Made by a program: the position numbers and the translations under genes. From a virus: a stretch of 64,000 bases of DNA. Below the pieces are notes generated by a model that did not search any database, had not been told where the DNA came from, and saw nothing but the letters and a program-made list of their open reading frames with translations. Within the stretch, counting starts at the first letter, position 1. Every line of letters starts with the position of its first letter. This document shows positions 47,708 through 57,924 of this stretch, piece after piece. The stretch is from the IMG/VR virus record IMGVR_UViG_3300040801_004793, positions 32,001 through 96,000 of that record. One strand, written 5' to 3'.

Positions 47708-50700
47708 TTAGGTTCCTCCTCTTCTTCTAACTTCATCGAGAAACTCATTCCATCCTTGATAAGTAGACGTTCTAATTTCTTCCTGTAGTTGTCTAATATC
47801 TACGTTGTCTGTATTGCCCTCAATACTAACATTAATGTTTAAGTTGCCTTCAAAGGCTGACGGAATACGATTAATTGGTTCCACAGCAGGGGCAAATGAG
47901 TTCACAGCGGCTCTATTTGGATTAGTGATAGTAGGACTCGTAAAACCACTTGTGGCCGCTGGAGAGCTCTGTAGGCCTCTTAAAAAGCTTTCTCCTAGAA
48001 CTTCGAATTCTTCCTGTCCTTGTCGGGCTCTTAATAAAGCTCTATCTGCAATTTCCCTATCATCACTGCTTCTTCTCGTAGTTTGAGCCACAGCAAATTC
48101 AGCTTGTAAAAGATCATTTCCTTGTTGTTCTCTAAACTGGAGGTCTCTTAGGCCAGCAAACCTTTGTTGATTTTCTCTTTGCCTCCCCAAACCTACAAGT
48201 TGAGCTTCATTTGCTGCTAAAGAAGCTTCTGCTGCTGTAATTTGAAGAAGTGCGGCTTCTTTTTGTTCTTGCGTGGATGTTTTATCTGCAAGTACTTTGC
48301 TAGCTTCGGCTTCTGCTATAGCAATATTAGCTTTAGCTTGCTCTCTTGCAGCGTTAAGTTCTATCTCCCTAATTTCTAGAGACAGTTCTTTTTGCAACTC
48401 ATTAATTTTAAAGATCTCGTACTCAATTTTTTGTTGAGTTTCAAGAGCTTTTAATTTAGCCCTGGCAGCTTCTTCCTCAATTCTTCTTCTTCTCAATTCA
48501 TTTCTTTGGCCGCTAGCAGCTAAAGAGTAGTTTTGTTGAGATAGGTCAGAAGCTTTCTGAATTAGTTTCTGCTGCTCTTCTAGAATACTAGTTTGACTTT
48601 CCATAATAGAAGTGGCCGTATCAAGTCCTACTTTGCGAACTTGATTTGTAACTTCTACCTCTTTGGCCTGTAGTTTAATCTTCTCTATCTGCTTATCGTA
48701 AGAAGCTAGAATTTCTCTATTTCTAGCAAGTTCTAGTTCTACTTCAGCAGTTTCTCTTCTAGCTCTGCTTTGAGCATCGAGAGCTTCGAGTTGCTCTTGA
48801 TTTAGAACTTCTTGCTTTTCACCAAACTCAATTAGCTGTTCCCCGGTGTTTCTTAGAAGGTCAACCTGTTGATTGAGAGAAACATTTTGAGCTTCTAAAG
48901 CCTCCATCTCTTCTTTAGTGAGGTTTAACTTATCTGCTTGAGCTAGCCTAGAGTTATTTTCCGCAACTTGAGCTTCTGTTTCAGCAGTGCGAATTCTCAA
49001 CTCAATTTGCTCTCTCTCCATAGCTAGAGCATTAAGCTCTTGTTGAAAGAGAATATTCTGCTTCTCAAATTCAATCTCTCTTTCTGTAATTTCTAATCTC
49101 TGCTCTGCAAGTTCAACTTCAATTTGAGCTCTTTCTTCAACGTCCCCCGTTAGTTTGAGTTTATTTTGAAGAGCATTCTGTTCGTAGTCTGCAATAGCCT
49201 TAGTAAGACTTTGCTTACTACCCATGGCTTTTTGCTCAAACTGAGCAGCTTTCTCAATAAGCTGCATTTCGTTTAGCGTCTCTTGATTAGAGTTACGAAT
49301 TAAAGCAACCTCGTTATCAAGTCGTTGTTTTAAAAGATTGAGATTACTTTCAACAATCTTCCTTCTTCCATTAACTACTCGAAGTTCTGATTCTAATTCA
49401 AACTGTTCTATTTCTCTTCTAACAGATTGAGCTGCTGCACTCTCTTGCCCTTTTAAATCAATGACATTTTGAAGACGCCTCTTCATGCCCGCTAGTTGTT
49501 CATCATCAATTTCTCTTTGAGCGTCTGCTGCTATTTCAGCTTCTTCTACAATATTGATTCGATTTAATTGTTGAAGTGTAGAGACTTGCTCTAGAGCTCT
49601 TTTTTGAGCTTTCGTTCTTTGTTCTACTTCTTGATTAATTAGTTCTGTTTGTAACTCTAACAACTCTTCTATCTGTTTAGCTGTAAGAGCGTCTTTTACT
49701 TGACCACTAAAAAATTCAGAATCAATTTCCGTATCAAGCATGTTTTTAATTAACTCATTACCTGCTTCTGCGTAAGTAGGATCTTCCTCAATACCTTTTC
49801 TTACAGCTTCAATAGCAGTAAATAAATTCTGGGCTATAATATCCTGAGTAATTTTAGCGTCGGGATTTGGAATCTCTGCAATAGTATTTGAGAGATTCTC
49901 CATAGTTGCGTTAATAGCTGCTTGAGCCCTTCTTCCCGCTTGAGAAGCTTGATTTACCGTATTTTCAGAGATAAACTCGATCTCTCCGTTTTCTTGGACT
50001 TCCTCTCGAATACCCATGATATTGCTAAAAATATCGTAGGTCCTATCTCCTTCAGCTTGAGCTTCTTTTAAAGACTCGACTGTACTTTGAAAAGCATCGT
50101 TAGCAGCCTCCTGACTTTGAGCTGCTTGATTATTTGCGATAGTAGAAGCTATAGCATTTTGATTGCGAAGAAAATCGGTTTGTAATTGAATACCTCTTTC
50201 AAGCTCACTTGTTTGTTCTTGAAGTAATTCTAGTTCTCTTTGTAAAGCTTCTTTGGATTGTGGATCTTTAGTTTTTTCAATTTTTTCTTCTAAACTTGCA
50301 ATTACATCGTTGTTAGCTTGCAACTGAAGCCTAGCTGCCCCGGTCTCAGCAGCAATAGTTTCTTCTAGTTCACTTCCTGTAAGAGCCCTTCTTTGTTCTT
50401 CTGCTTGACGAATAAGCTCTTCACCTCTCTCGGTAATCATTTTGCCCTGTTGTTGAGCAATAGTAATTTTTTTACCTTCAAGCCAAAGCTGTCCTAGCAG
50501 CTCTGTAGTTTGTTGAACTTCTTCTCTTACGCCTGCGGCTAAAAAGTCTTGAGTAGTGCGTTTAACATTATTGACAAAACCTCTTTGGCCTTCACTCACA
50601 CCAAAGAAAAAGTCATCTATTAATTCTCGGGCTTTTCCTACTTGGTTTGCTATAAATTTAAAAGGAGCTCCAATAATAGGAATTTTGGAAAGTAAGTCAT

Positions 50701-53700
50701 TGATGCCTTGAGTAATTCTAAGAGGTAGGTCAATTATAAATTTAATTACATTCCTACCAGTCATTACCATTGCATCTAAAACATTAATAATTCCTCCAAT
50801 TACACCCTGAGTATATTCTAATTCATCAAGTTTTTTTATTTCCTCGTCTACTTCTCCTAAAGCATCAGCAGCTTCTAAAGCGCTTTCTTTCATATCTTTG
50901 AAAGTTCGCTGAGCTCCATCTTCATCTTTAAAACTATCAACGTCTTCTCGGTATTGCTGTACCAGACCAATAGTAACAGAGAGTTCTTTGTTTGTTTCCC
51001 CTAGACTATAAGCTAATTTTCTATTGCCGTCTGCAAACTGACTTGAAGCTGGAATTAGTTGCTGGAATAATCTTACTAGAACAAAACCTGCCGCAGCAAC
51101 AGCCGCACCAAGAGCAATAAAAGGTGCAGCAGCAGTTATAAAACTTCCTATTACGGTACCCGCTGTTCCCACGGCTCCACTTAAAGCAGCAAAACCCGCC
51201 CCGGCTTTAGCGCTTAGTACACCTAGAGTGGTACTAGCACCACCGGCTTTAATGGCCGCTAAAGAGTAAGTTTTAGCTCCTTTAGATCCTAGTGTTATAT
51301 TTGCATTTAATAGTTGTTGAATTCCAGCTAACTTACCCTGTTCTTTAGCTGTAGTAGAGGCAATTCTTCCAGTTTGTCCTAGGGTAGCGTTAAACTTTTC
51401 AGTGGTTTGAGTAATGACTCTTTGACTTTCTGACAGCTTGCCTGTATTTTTAGACATAGAGCTAAAGACTTCACTCGCTCCTTCAGACAGTTCTCTAGAA
51501 CTATAGAAGAACCTTGTGACTCCATCAAGTGCAGAAGCCGCAGCAGGATTTATCCCATATAATAGACCGCTTAAACCATCTAATGAGTTTGCAATTCCAT
51601 TTACAGCCTTTTGACCTGAAGTAGATATCTTAGAAGCTTTTTTATCTAAACCTACAGCCGTGTCATTTATTTGACTACTGATGATATTTAAATTAGTTCT
51701 TACTCTATCAGCGGTTTCTTTATCCCCAATTTTGCTGAGCTCTCTATTTGCTACCTCTTGGGCTCTTTCAAATTGTCTTCTAAAGTCTTCATAAAGAATA
51801 TCTCCATTAATAAAAGATCTCAAAGAGTTATTTAAATCATCCGATAACTCTTGTAAATTACCTTTGATCTCCGCAGATAATTTTTCATCTCCCAGAATAC
51901 CTTTGAAAGCAGCAAGAACTTTTTGTTTTTTCTTTCCTAGCGTGGTAGATAACTTTTCACCAAAAGTTTCTACCGCTTGAGGTAATTCATTACTAGCTTT
52001 TTCTATACTCTGCACTCCCCTTCTAAGACCTAAAGCTGTTGCCATAACTGCATCAGAAATAGAGTCTCTTCCTTCTAAAGGAGCTTCTAGAGTTTTAGTA
52101 AGTTCTTGAATTGCTACTTTAATGGAACCTGCCTGAACCCGAATGTCCTTAGGAACATCCTTAAACATATTTGCAAAAGCTACATTAAACTCTGCAATTC
52201 TTTTTTGTATGTTTCCTCTTGAACTGTCTAATAGTTTGTTTACTTCTTTAGCAAGAGGATTCCTATATTTTCTAACACTGTCGGGCATTGCGGCAAAAGT
52301 CTCATCAAAGATTTTACCTAATGCTACTTTTCTAGTTGATAAATCAGATTCTAAATCTAGTAGTCCACTTTTATTTCGTTGAATAGCCTCAGCGTACGCC
52401 TCTTTTACAGAAGCAGGCATCTGACTAAGAATCGAAGAGTTCATACTAGTGAGAAGTTTCTCAAACTTTTCTGATTGTTTAGAAATTCTTCCCATACCAC
52501 TTAGAATCTCTTTTTCAACATCTCCTAAGTATCCTCTTATAGAGGGGCTAGCTTTTGCTCTTAACTGATCAAAAGTACTACCAATTCTACCAACCTTTTC
52601 TTCTACGGTTAGATTTAAATTGGTTAAAGTATCTCCGAATAAACCTTCAATTTCTTTTTGAAGCATAGCAGAGTCACCTCTTACTAGCTGAGGACTCACC
52701 ATGCCTTTAACAAGATTTTTAAAGGTATTTATTTTTTCTTTTGCTGAGAGATTAGATTCAGATAGAGCTTTGTCTATCGTAATCTTAATATCCTTTAGTG
52801 CCTGAACTCTAGCTACTTTAAGTTGTGAGATGGCTATATTAACCGACTTCATAGCCGCTTTAATACTATCCATTTCTCTCTTAAATCCTTCGGGATCTAC
52901 TAATTTGAGAGGCGATTTATCTAGCTCTTCTTTTTTCTTTTTTAGTTTTTCTAGAGCTTTATTAAAATTGTGAATTGTAGCGTCTTCAAAGTTAATACTC
53001 TCACCTTGTTTTTTAAGTTCTTCTAGAGCTACTTTAGTGCTGTTCATGGAGCGACTTAGTTGAACAGAACTTGTACTTAATTTTTCATTTAATCCTAAAA
53101 GTCTAGAAATGCCTCCGGCCCAGTCTTTTTCTACGAAAATAAGTTGTTTAAGAACTTCCAGCTCTACACCTAGCTGTCCACTTAAAGCTTTACCAGCAAG
53201 TCTCATCAAAGCGTAACTTACTAGTAACTGACCTATAGAAGCTACAACCGATAGAACAGCTCCTCCGATATTACTAAAAGCTGTTTGAGCTATGACAATT
53301 GTGCCTATAACATTTTTAAGGGGTTCTGGTAACTGCTGTAAAGTTTCTAGAATGTTTCTAAGAATATCAATACCGGGCTGTAGCATTGGAAGAGTTCTTC
53401 TACCAAAGTCTACCATCACCTCATTAAAACCATTAGCGATAGCCGTAAATTGTTTAATTGTGGATTGATTACCTGCTCCAAACACCCTTTCTAAGTTTGT
53501 TCCGTCTGCAATCTCTCCCATGTTTTGCAGAGTTCCTTGAACAGAGGTAGCGGCTGCTCCGGTAAGAGCAAGTGCGGTACGGAAGGCTAATTGGTCAGGA
53601 AGAATCTTTTTAAGAGTCTCTTGGTTTCCTCCGGTAGCTTCCATTAATTCTTTTAGAGAAGCATTTAAACCTTTGGCTCTAACAGAGTTAGCGTCAAATC

Positions 53701-55609
53701 GAATACCCAGAGAAGCAATCTCTTCTTTAGCTTGAGCTCCTTGACCTGCAATCGCCGACAACAGAGAGGCTACACCAGTAGTAGCTTCTGCGGTACTCGG
53801 GCTCACTTTCGTATAACCAGCAACAGTAGCAAGAATTTCATCTAGCTCAATACCTAAAGACTGAGCTTGCGGAATTACATCCGGTAAGCTAGAAGCTAGT
53901 TCGCCAAATGTAGTCACACCCTCTTCTACAACCTGATTTAATTTAGAAGCTGTAGTAGCTGCCTCAGATGCAGATAGTTTATAAATTGTAGTTGTTTTTG
54001 ATAGGAGGTTTAGTGTTTCAGCTGCATTAGCTCCTGTACCAGAAGATAATTTAAGAGAAGATTCTAGAAACTTTTGCTGCGAAGCTAAATCAGAAGTGCC
54101 ATCAATAGCAACACCAATACCGGCAGAAAGTGTTTGGTACATAGCTTCTGCTGCTTGTACGCTAGTAACTGTGTTATTAAGCTCGTTTGCTAATTGGGAT
54201 GTAAAAGCGGCTACGGATTCTGTACCGGCTGCTAACCCTTCCATCTGAGTTCTAGCACCTACTCCGAGTGTTGTTACAAAGGCGGCAGCATCTTCTGTTT
54301 GAGCAAAAGCTGTTACAGCCTGTTTTCCAAATTCTTTAGCAGCTTCCGCACTAAAAAGGAGTTTTTCTCCCATAATGCCAAACTGAAAAGCCATCTCCGC
54401 AGCAGAGGTGTCAATTCCAAGAGCCTGCATCTGGGCAAATACATCCGAAAGACCCGTAGCTTGAATAACTGCTTGATGTAATGTAGAAACTAATTTTTTG
54501 AAGCTTTCAAGAGTAGCTACTAAAGCAGTGTATTTAGTAAGAGTAAGAGCGGCTGTCTTAGCTAACTGACTTCCAGTAACAGTAGCTACTCCTTTTAAGG
54601 AGGACTGTATTAGGGACATCTTCTGGGAGACCAAAAGAGCTCTACCATTAGTCTTTTCTAAAACAGTGTTACCTAAAGTAAAGGTTTCTTCAAAAGATTC
54701 TTTAGTATCTTCAACTCTCTGCTTTAAATTAACAAAAGCTAAAACAGAGCTACCGATTAAACCTCCTAAAGCTACCTTTTTACCTAAGCCGTCGAAAGTC
54801 TTGGAAAGACCATTAAAGGTCTTACTCATTTTTTCTCCAGCACTATCGACTCTTTCTAATTTTTTAGGATCTAGATTATCACCAAACTCTTTTGCAGCTT
54901 GTGAACCACTTTGAAGACCCGAGCTAAGATTTCTCATAGAGTTACCAACTTTTTCACTGATAACTCCAATTTGAACTAGTTTTTGAGCAAGAAAATCAAA
55001 AACTTTTCCTAAAGTATCTACTGCTTTAACTACTAAGTTAATGCCTGTTTTTGCAAGTCCGACTAAAACAAATTCTAGATTTTTAAAAAAGTTAGAAACT
55101 TTTTGTAACTTGTCTTCTACAAAACCGAGGGCTACGCTTAAAGGCTTAGCTACTTTACTTAGAATTACAAGACCTTTTCCGGCTACACCACTAGCATCAG
55201 AAATATCACGAAATAAAGAAGCAGGTCCATCTAAAGCCGTCTCTAAAAACGTGCTTTGTTTGTGTAGGCCTAGAAATCGAATACCCAAGCCCGAGATGCC
55301 TTTATTAGTTTCATATAAAGCGTCATTAAGCTTTACTGCGTTAGAAGCTGAACCTAAGAAAAAATTTGTGGTATTTTTAGTTTTACGGCCAAAGAGTTGT
55401 AGCCCTTCTACCGTATCGCTAATTCCCTTAGCCATGTTTTTAAAGTTTGTTGCGGAATCTTTAGTATGTTTATTTAAAGATTCCGCCGCTTCACTACCTT
55501 TTTTGGTAGAGACACCAAACTCTTTAACAGACTTGTTGAGTTTTTCTAATATTTTTCCTAGATTTCCGCCACCTTCAAAGGAAATTGAGGCTCGGGTATT
55601 CTTTTCCAT
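47708..55609 (-). CDS. Tape measure protein
   Basis: 2633 aa, Ala/Gly/Leu helical; PhageMin_Tail-like core (G.TTFGELASSL..V.P.A..LGI..DE..A); hydrophobic segments and coiled coils. Confidence 0.92.
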   Translation of the reverse strand: MEKNTRASISFEGGGNLGKILEKLNKSVKEFGVSTKKGSEAAESLNKHTKDSATNFKNMAKGISDTVEGLQLFGRKTKNTTNFFLGSASNAVKLNDALYETNKGISGLGIRFLGLHKQSTFLETALDGPASLFRDISDASGVAGKGLVILSKVAKPLSVALGFVEDKLQKVSNFFKNLEFVLVGLAKTGINLVVKAVDTLGKVFDFLAQKLVQIGVISEKVGNSMRNLSSGLQSGSQAAKEFGDNLDPKKLERVDSAGEKMSKTFNGLSKTFDGLGKKVALGGLIGSSVLAFVNLKQRVEDTKESFEETFTLGNTVLEKTNGRALLVSQKMSLIQSSLKGVATVTGSQLAKTAALTLTKYTALVATLESFKKLVSTLHQAVIQATGLSDVFAQMQALGIDTSAAEMAFQFGIMGEKLLFSAEAAKEFGKQAVTAFAQTEDAAAFVTTLGVGARTQMEGLAAGTESVAAFTSQLANELNNTVTSVQAAEAMYQTLSAGIGVAIDGTSDLASQQKFLESSLKLSSGTGANAAETLNLLSKTTTIYKLSASEAATTASKLNQVVEEGVTTFGELASSLPDVIPQAQSLGIELDEILATVAGYTKVSPSTAEATTGVASLLSAIAGQGAQAKEEIASLGIRFDANSVRAKGLNASLKELMEATGGNQETLKKILPDQLAFRTALALTGAAATSVQGTLQNMGEIADGTNLERVFGAGNQSTIKQFTAIANGFNEVMVDFGRRTLPMLQPGIDILRNILETLQQLPEPLKNVIGTIVIAQTAFSNIGGAVLSVVASIGQLLVSYALMRLAGKALSGQLGVELEVLKQLIFVEKDWAGGISRLLGLNEKLSTSSVQLSRSMNSTKVALEELKKQGESINFEDATIHNFNKALEKLKKKKEELDKSPLKLVDPEGFKREMDSIKAAMKSVNIAISQLKVARVQALKDIKITIDKALSESNLSAKEKINTFKNLVKGMVSPQLVRGDSAMLQKEIEGLFGDTLTNLNLTVEEKVGRIGSTFDQLRAKASPSIRGYLGDVEKEILSGMGRISKQSEKFEKLLTSMNSSILSQMPASVKEAYAEAIQRNKSGLLDLESDLSTRKVALGKIFDETFAAMPDSVRKYRNPLAKEVNKLLDSSRGNIQKRIAEFNVAFANMFKDVPKDIRVQAGSIKVAIQELTKTLEAPLEGRDSISDAVMATALGLRRGVQSIEKASNELPQAVETFGEKLSTTLGKKKQKVLAAFKGILGDEKLSAEIKGNLQELSDDLNNSLRSFINGDILYEDFRRQFERAQEVANRELSKIGDKETADRVRTNLNIISSQINDTAVGLDKKASKISTSGQKAVNGIANSLDGLSGLLYGINPAAASALDGVTRFFYSSRELSEGASEVFSSMSKNTGKLSESQRVITQTTEKFNATLGQTGRIASTTAKEQGKLAGIQQLLNANITLGSKGAKTYSLAAIKAGGASTTLGVLSAKAGAGFAALSGAVGTAGTVIGSFITAAAPFIALGAAVAAAGFVLVRLFQQLIPASSQFADGNRKLAYSLGETNKELSVTIGLVQQYREDVDSFKDEDGAQRTFKDMKESALEAADALGEVDEEIKKLDELEYTQGVIGGIINVLDAMVMTGRNVIKFIIDLPLRITQGINDLLSKIPIIGAPFKFIANQVGKARELIDDFFFGVSEGQRGFVNNVKRTTQDFLAAGVREEVQQTTELLGQLWLEGKKITIAQQQGKMITERGEELIRQAEEQRRALTGSELEETIAAETGAARLQLQANNDVIASLEEKIEKTKDPQSKEALQRELELLQEQTSELERGIQLQTDFLRNQNAIASTIANNQAAQSQEAANDAFQSTVESLKEAQAEGDRTYDIFSNIMGIREEVQENGEIEFISENTVNQASQAGRRAQAAINATMENLSNTIAEIPNPDAKITQDIIAQNLFTAIEAVRKGIEEDPTYAEAGNELIKNMLDTEIDSEFFSGQVKDALTAKQIEELLELQTELINQEVEQRTKAQKRALEQVSTLQQLNRINIVEEAEIAADAQREIDDEQLAGMKRRLQNVIDLKGQESAAAQSVRREIEQFELESELRVVNGRRKIVESNLNLLKQRLDNEVALIRNSNQETLNEMQLIEKAAQFEQKAMGSKQSLTKAIADYEQNALQNKLKLTGDVEERAQIEVELAEQRLEITEREIEFEKQNILFQQELNALAMEREQIELRIRTAETEAQVAENNSRLAQADKLNLTKEEMEALEAQNVSLNQQVDLLRNTGEQLIEFGEKQEVLNQEQLEALDAQSRARRETAEVELELARNREILASYDKQIEKIKLQAKEVEVTNQVRKVGLDTATSIMESQTSILEEQQKLIQKASDLSQQNYSLAASGQRNELRRRRIEEEAARAKLKALETQQKIEYEIFKINELQKELSLEIREIELNAAREQAKANIAIAEAEASKVLADKTSTQEQKEAALLQITAAEASLAANEAQLVGLGRQRENQQRFAGLRDLQFREQQGNDLLQAEFAVAQTTRRSSDDREIADRALLRARQGQEEFEVLGESFLRGLQSSPAATSGFTSPTITNPNRAAVNSFAPAVEPINRIPSAFEGNLNINVSIEGNTDNVDIRQLQEEIRTSTYQGWNEFLDEVRRRGGT

Positions 55610-55616
55610 AGGTTAT

Positions 55617-56126
55617 TTATCCACCAAAAGTGTCTTCAAAAAGACGATTAAAACATTGAACAAAAGCGTCGTTCGTTAGATATGCAATTTTTAGATCAGG
55701 AAAACAAATTTTCATGACAGGTAGAAGATAGCGAATTGCAGCTTCACTACTAAAAGCCGCGCTTAGAGTTTCTTGAGCTTTCTGTAACTCAGGACTTTCT
55801 GGATTAGTGGTATCTAAATTGGCAGTAGTACTACTTACAAATTCAAGAACGGAGGTAAAAACTTCATTTCTATTTTTTGTAGCTAGTTCTTCTGGAGAAA
55901 ATAGAAGGTCTTTAAACCCATCAATAATAAAACTAATGATAAAGCTTACTTGAGGCAAAGCTGGTTTAATATACCGAACTTTTTTCTCAAGAATCTCTAC
56001 TGGTTGAATAATACGGTGTAAGCCTCTAATATCTTCATCGTACATTTCATGAGAATTTTCAAACTCATGATCTGTTAGAGGACTAAATACTGGAGGTGTA
56101 GTTTTTCTAGTAGTTTGTCGAGGCAT
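55617..56126 (-). CDS. Hypothetical (possible additional tail chaperone)
   Basis: Immediately upstream of the TMP. Confidence 0.55.
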   Translation of the reverse strand: MPRQTTRKTTPPVFSPLTDHEFENSHEMYDEDIRGLHRIIQPVEILEKKVRYIKPALPQVSFIISFIIDGFKDLLFSPEELATKNRNEVFTSVLEFVSSTTANLDTTNPESPELQKAQETLSAAFSSEAAIRYLLPVMKICFPDLKIAYLTNDAFVQCFNRLFEDTFGG

Positions 56127-56140
56127 AATGTGTATTGTGA

Positions 56141-56551
56141 TTAGGAGTTTCTTTTTAATAATCCAGAGAAACGTTCCATAGCAGCTTTAGTTTCAGCGTC
56201 TATTTCAGTTTCACCATTATTATTTTCCATTGTAGCACTAAATAGTTGTTGTCGTGCTTTCTCTGCCGCCGCATCCGCTTCTTTTCTCATTCTCTTCTCT
56301 CTTTCTTCAGTGGGAAGAGTGATTTCTACCCAAAAAGAATAAATTTTCTCTATCTTCGCAAGAGGGAATTCTTCCATAAGTTGTAGAACCCCTTGAACAT
56401 TGCCATTTGATTTTTCAAATAACATTGCTAAAAAGTCAGCTTCAGCATCTCCTGACGAAACAAGTTTAGTTTTGATATCAACGAAGTACTCTATATCCTT
56501 CTTTTCGTTGACTACGCTAGACTCTCTTTCACTTCCATCAGGAGACGAATA
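56141..56551 (-). CDS. Tail assembly chaperone C-terminal extension (gpT-like), -1 frame
   Basis: Frame is open from 56578 through the slippery site to the stop at 56141; first ATG only at 56425. Confidence 0.7.
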   Translation of the reverse strand, partial: YSSPDGSERESSVVNEKKDIEYFVDIKTKLVSSGDAEADFLAMLFEKSNGNVQGVLQLMEEFPLAKIEKIYSFWVEITLPTEEREKRMRKEADAAAEKARQQLFSATMENNNGETEIDAETKAAMERFSGLLKRNS

Positions 56552-56961
56552 AAATTTATACCATTTATCTTTGAAATTCTAGAGGGTCTAAGATAACCCA
56601 ATGTAGGTTCAGGAATTATAAAACCCGTATTTTCATCTCTCTGCTTTGTAGTAGTTACAAAAATCTCTAAAATCTCGTTCATATCTTCAATTCTATCAAT
56701 GTCAATACCTTTTTCTTCGGTACCTACAAGAGGCATTAAATCAGCTAGCTTTCTAGCACTATCCCAAAAGTCTTTATTCTTAGGAGATAATAGATCTCCA
56801 GGACTTCCAGCTTTAGATGCACAATTTTGAAGAATTTGAAATTGAAGAATCTGAACGTCATCAAGATATTTCCAGCTTACGGGTTTAACAATATCCTTAC
56901 TCCCATCAGAATATGTTAAATCAAAAGTCTGAAAACCTAATTTTGTTGTGTCAATAGTCAT
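56512..56961 (-). CDS. Tail assembly chaperone (gpG-like)
   Basis: Between tail tube and TMP; carries the slippery site. Confidence 0.7.
   Translation of the reverse strand: MTIDTTKLGFQTFDLTYSDGSKDIVKPVSWKYLDDVQILQFQILQNCASKAGSPGDLLSPKNKDFWDSARKLADLMPLVGTEEKGIDIDRIEDMNEILEIFVTTTKQRDENTGFIIPEPTLGYLRPSRISKINGINFIRLLMEVKESLA
56551..56557 (-). promoter_or_regulatory. -1 programmed frameshift heptamer A-AAT-TTT
   Basis: X XXY YYZ in the correct phase, 12 codons before the gpG-like stop. Confidence 0.75.
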
Positions 56962-57001
56962 GGAGCGTGTTTAGTGTAGAATAGGTATATAAATATCTTC
57001 G

Positions 57002-57010
57002 ATTATAACA
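57002..57010 (-). promoter_or_regulatory. Consensus extended -10 promoter for the chaperone-TMP-tail-portal operon
   Basis: TG-T-TATAAT on the - strand, 40 nt upstream of ATG 56961 and downstream of a terminator. Confidence 0.65.
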
Positions 57011-57013
57011 CTA

Positions 57014-57231
57014 ATGAGTAATTAGGAACTGGGGGCAAAAGCAGCTACCATATTGATGCGGGTCAAGGAGTTGGTGTTGCAGCTAAAACTGGTGCTAGAG
57101 CCGTTGTTAAACCAGTAAAAAATAAATTAGAAAGAGATAGAGGAAAAACCGGAAGACTAATTCTTTCTGAGAGAGAAAAGAAAATTCTAAATGGAATTAA
57201 AGGCAAATTTTCTAGGAAAAAAGGTGCTTAA
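57014..57231 (+). pseudogene. Start-less 69-codon frame encoding a basic G/A/K/R-rich peptide
   Basis: LGTGG...GVGVAAKTGARAVVKPVK...KFSRKKGA* at 57022-57231; ATG 57014 is out of frame by 1 nt. Confidence 0.45.
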
Positions 57232-57247
57232 TTAATTTTAGTTATAT

Positions 57248-57280
57248 AAAAAAAGAGGGGTTTTTAGACCCCTCTTTTTA
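57248..57280. terminator. Bidirectional terminator
   Basis: AAAAAAGAGGGG-8nt-CCCCTCTTTTTA. Confidence 0.8.
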
Positions 57281-57297
57281 TTTAACTACTTTTTAAC

Positions 57298-57924
57298 TTA
57301 AACAGATCTAGCGCTTCTTTGATTGGATAAAAATGTATCTGTACTTACACTAAAGCTACGATCTAAAATAGCATTTCCATAATCAGTATAAACAGATTCA
57401 TCTGCCCCATCTCCGTTAGAATCAATATTTTTGGTGCCATCACTCAAAAACACTCTCACTCTAACTGTTAGAGTTCCTTCACTTTGAGTATAGTTTTTAA
57501 CGATAGAAAATAACTTAGCATCATACGTGGGTGGCGTAATTACTAAGTCATTAATTGTTCCCGTTGCAGTGCTTACTACATCTAGAGTAAGCTGAGTTGG
57601 GCTATCAATAGAAGCTACTTTAGCACCGACCCCGATACCTGTACCGGCTACAGAGTCTCCGACTCTAACATCATAATCTCCATTAGTACTACCAAACTTA
57701 AAGGTAGCACCTGTAATTGTAATTACCGCAGAGGCATTTGTAGTGTCAATATTTTCTGTAATAGAGATGGATGCGGGAGAGGGAGCTACTCCTTCCATTG
57801 TTACGTATTCTACTGTCTGGTCTGTAGTATCGTTATGAACGGGAGCTACGGAACCCAAATTAACGTTAAGTACGTTTTTTGTTTCCGCTTTTGGTCTACT
57901 TCCTGTAAGTGTAATATCCGGCAT
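57298..57924 (-). CDS. Virion structural protein (beta-rich)
   Basis: VGD.V.GTGI..GAKV.SIDS.TQLTL module; GGAG RBS. Confidence 0.6.
   Translation of the reverse strand: MPDITLTGSRPKAETKNVLNVNLGSVAPVHNDTTDQTVEYVTMEGVAPSPASISITENIDTTNASAVITITGATFKFGSTNGDYDVRVGDSVAGTGIGVGAKVASIDSPTQLTLDVVSTATGTINDLVITPPTYDAKLFSIVKNYTQSEGTLTVRVRVFLSDGTKNIDSNGDGADESVYTDYGNAILDRSFSVSTDTFLSNQRSARSV

Noticed and set aside
55041-55679. 212-aa + strand ORF and other shadow ORFs (e.g. 653..949, 2304..2681, 23730..24053, 24515..24844, 59825..60154, 61980..62408)
   Set aside because: They lie antisense to well-supported genes and have no motifs, so they are probably codon-bias artefacts.
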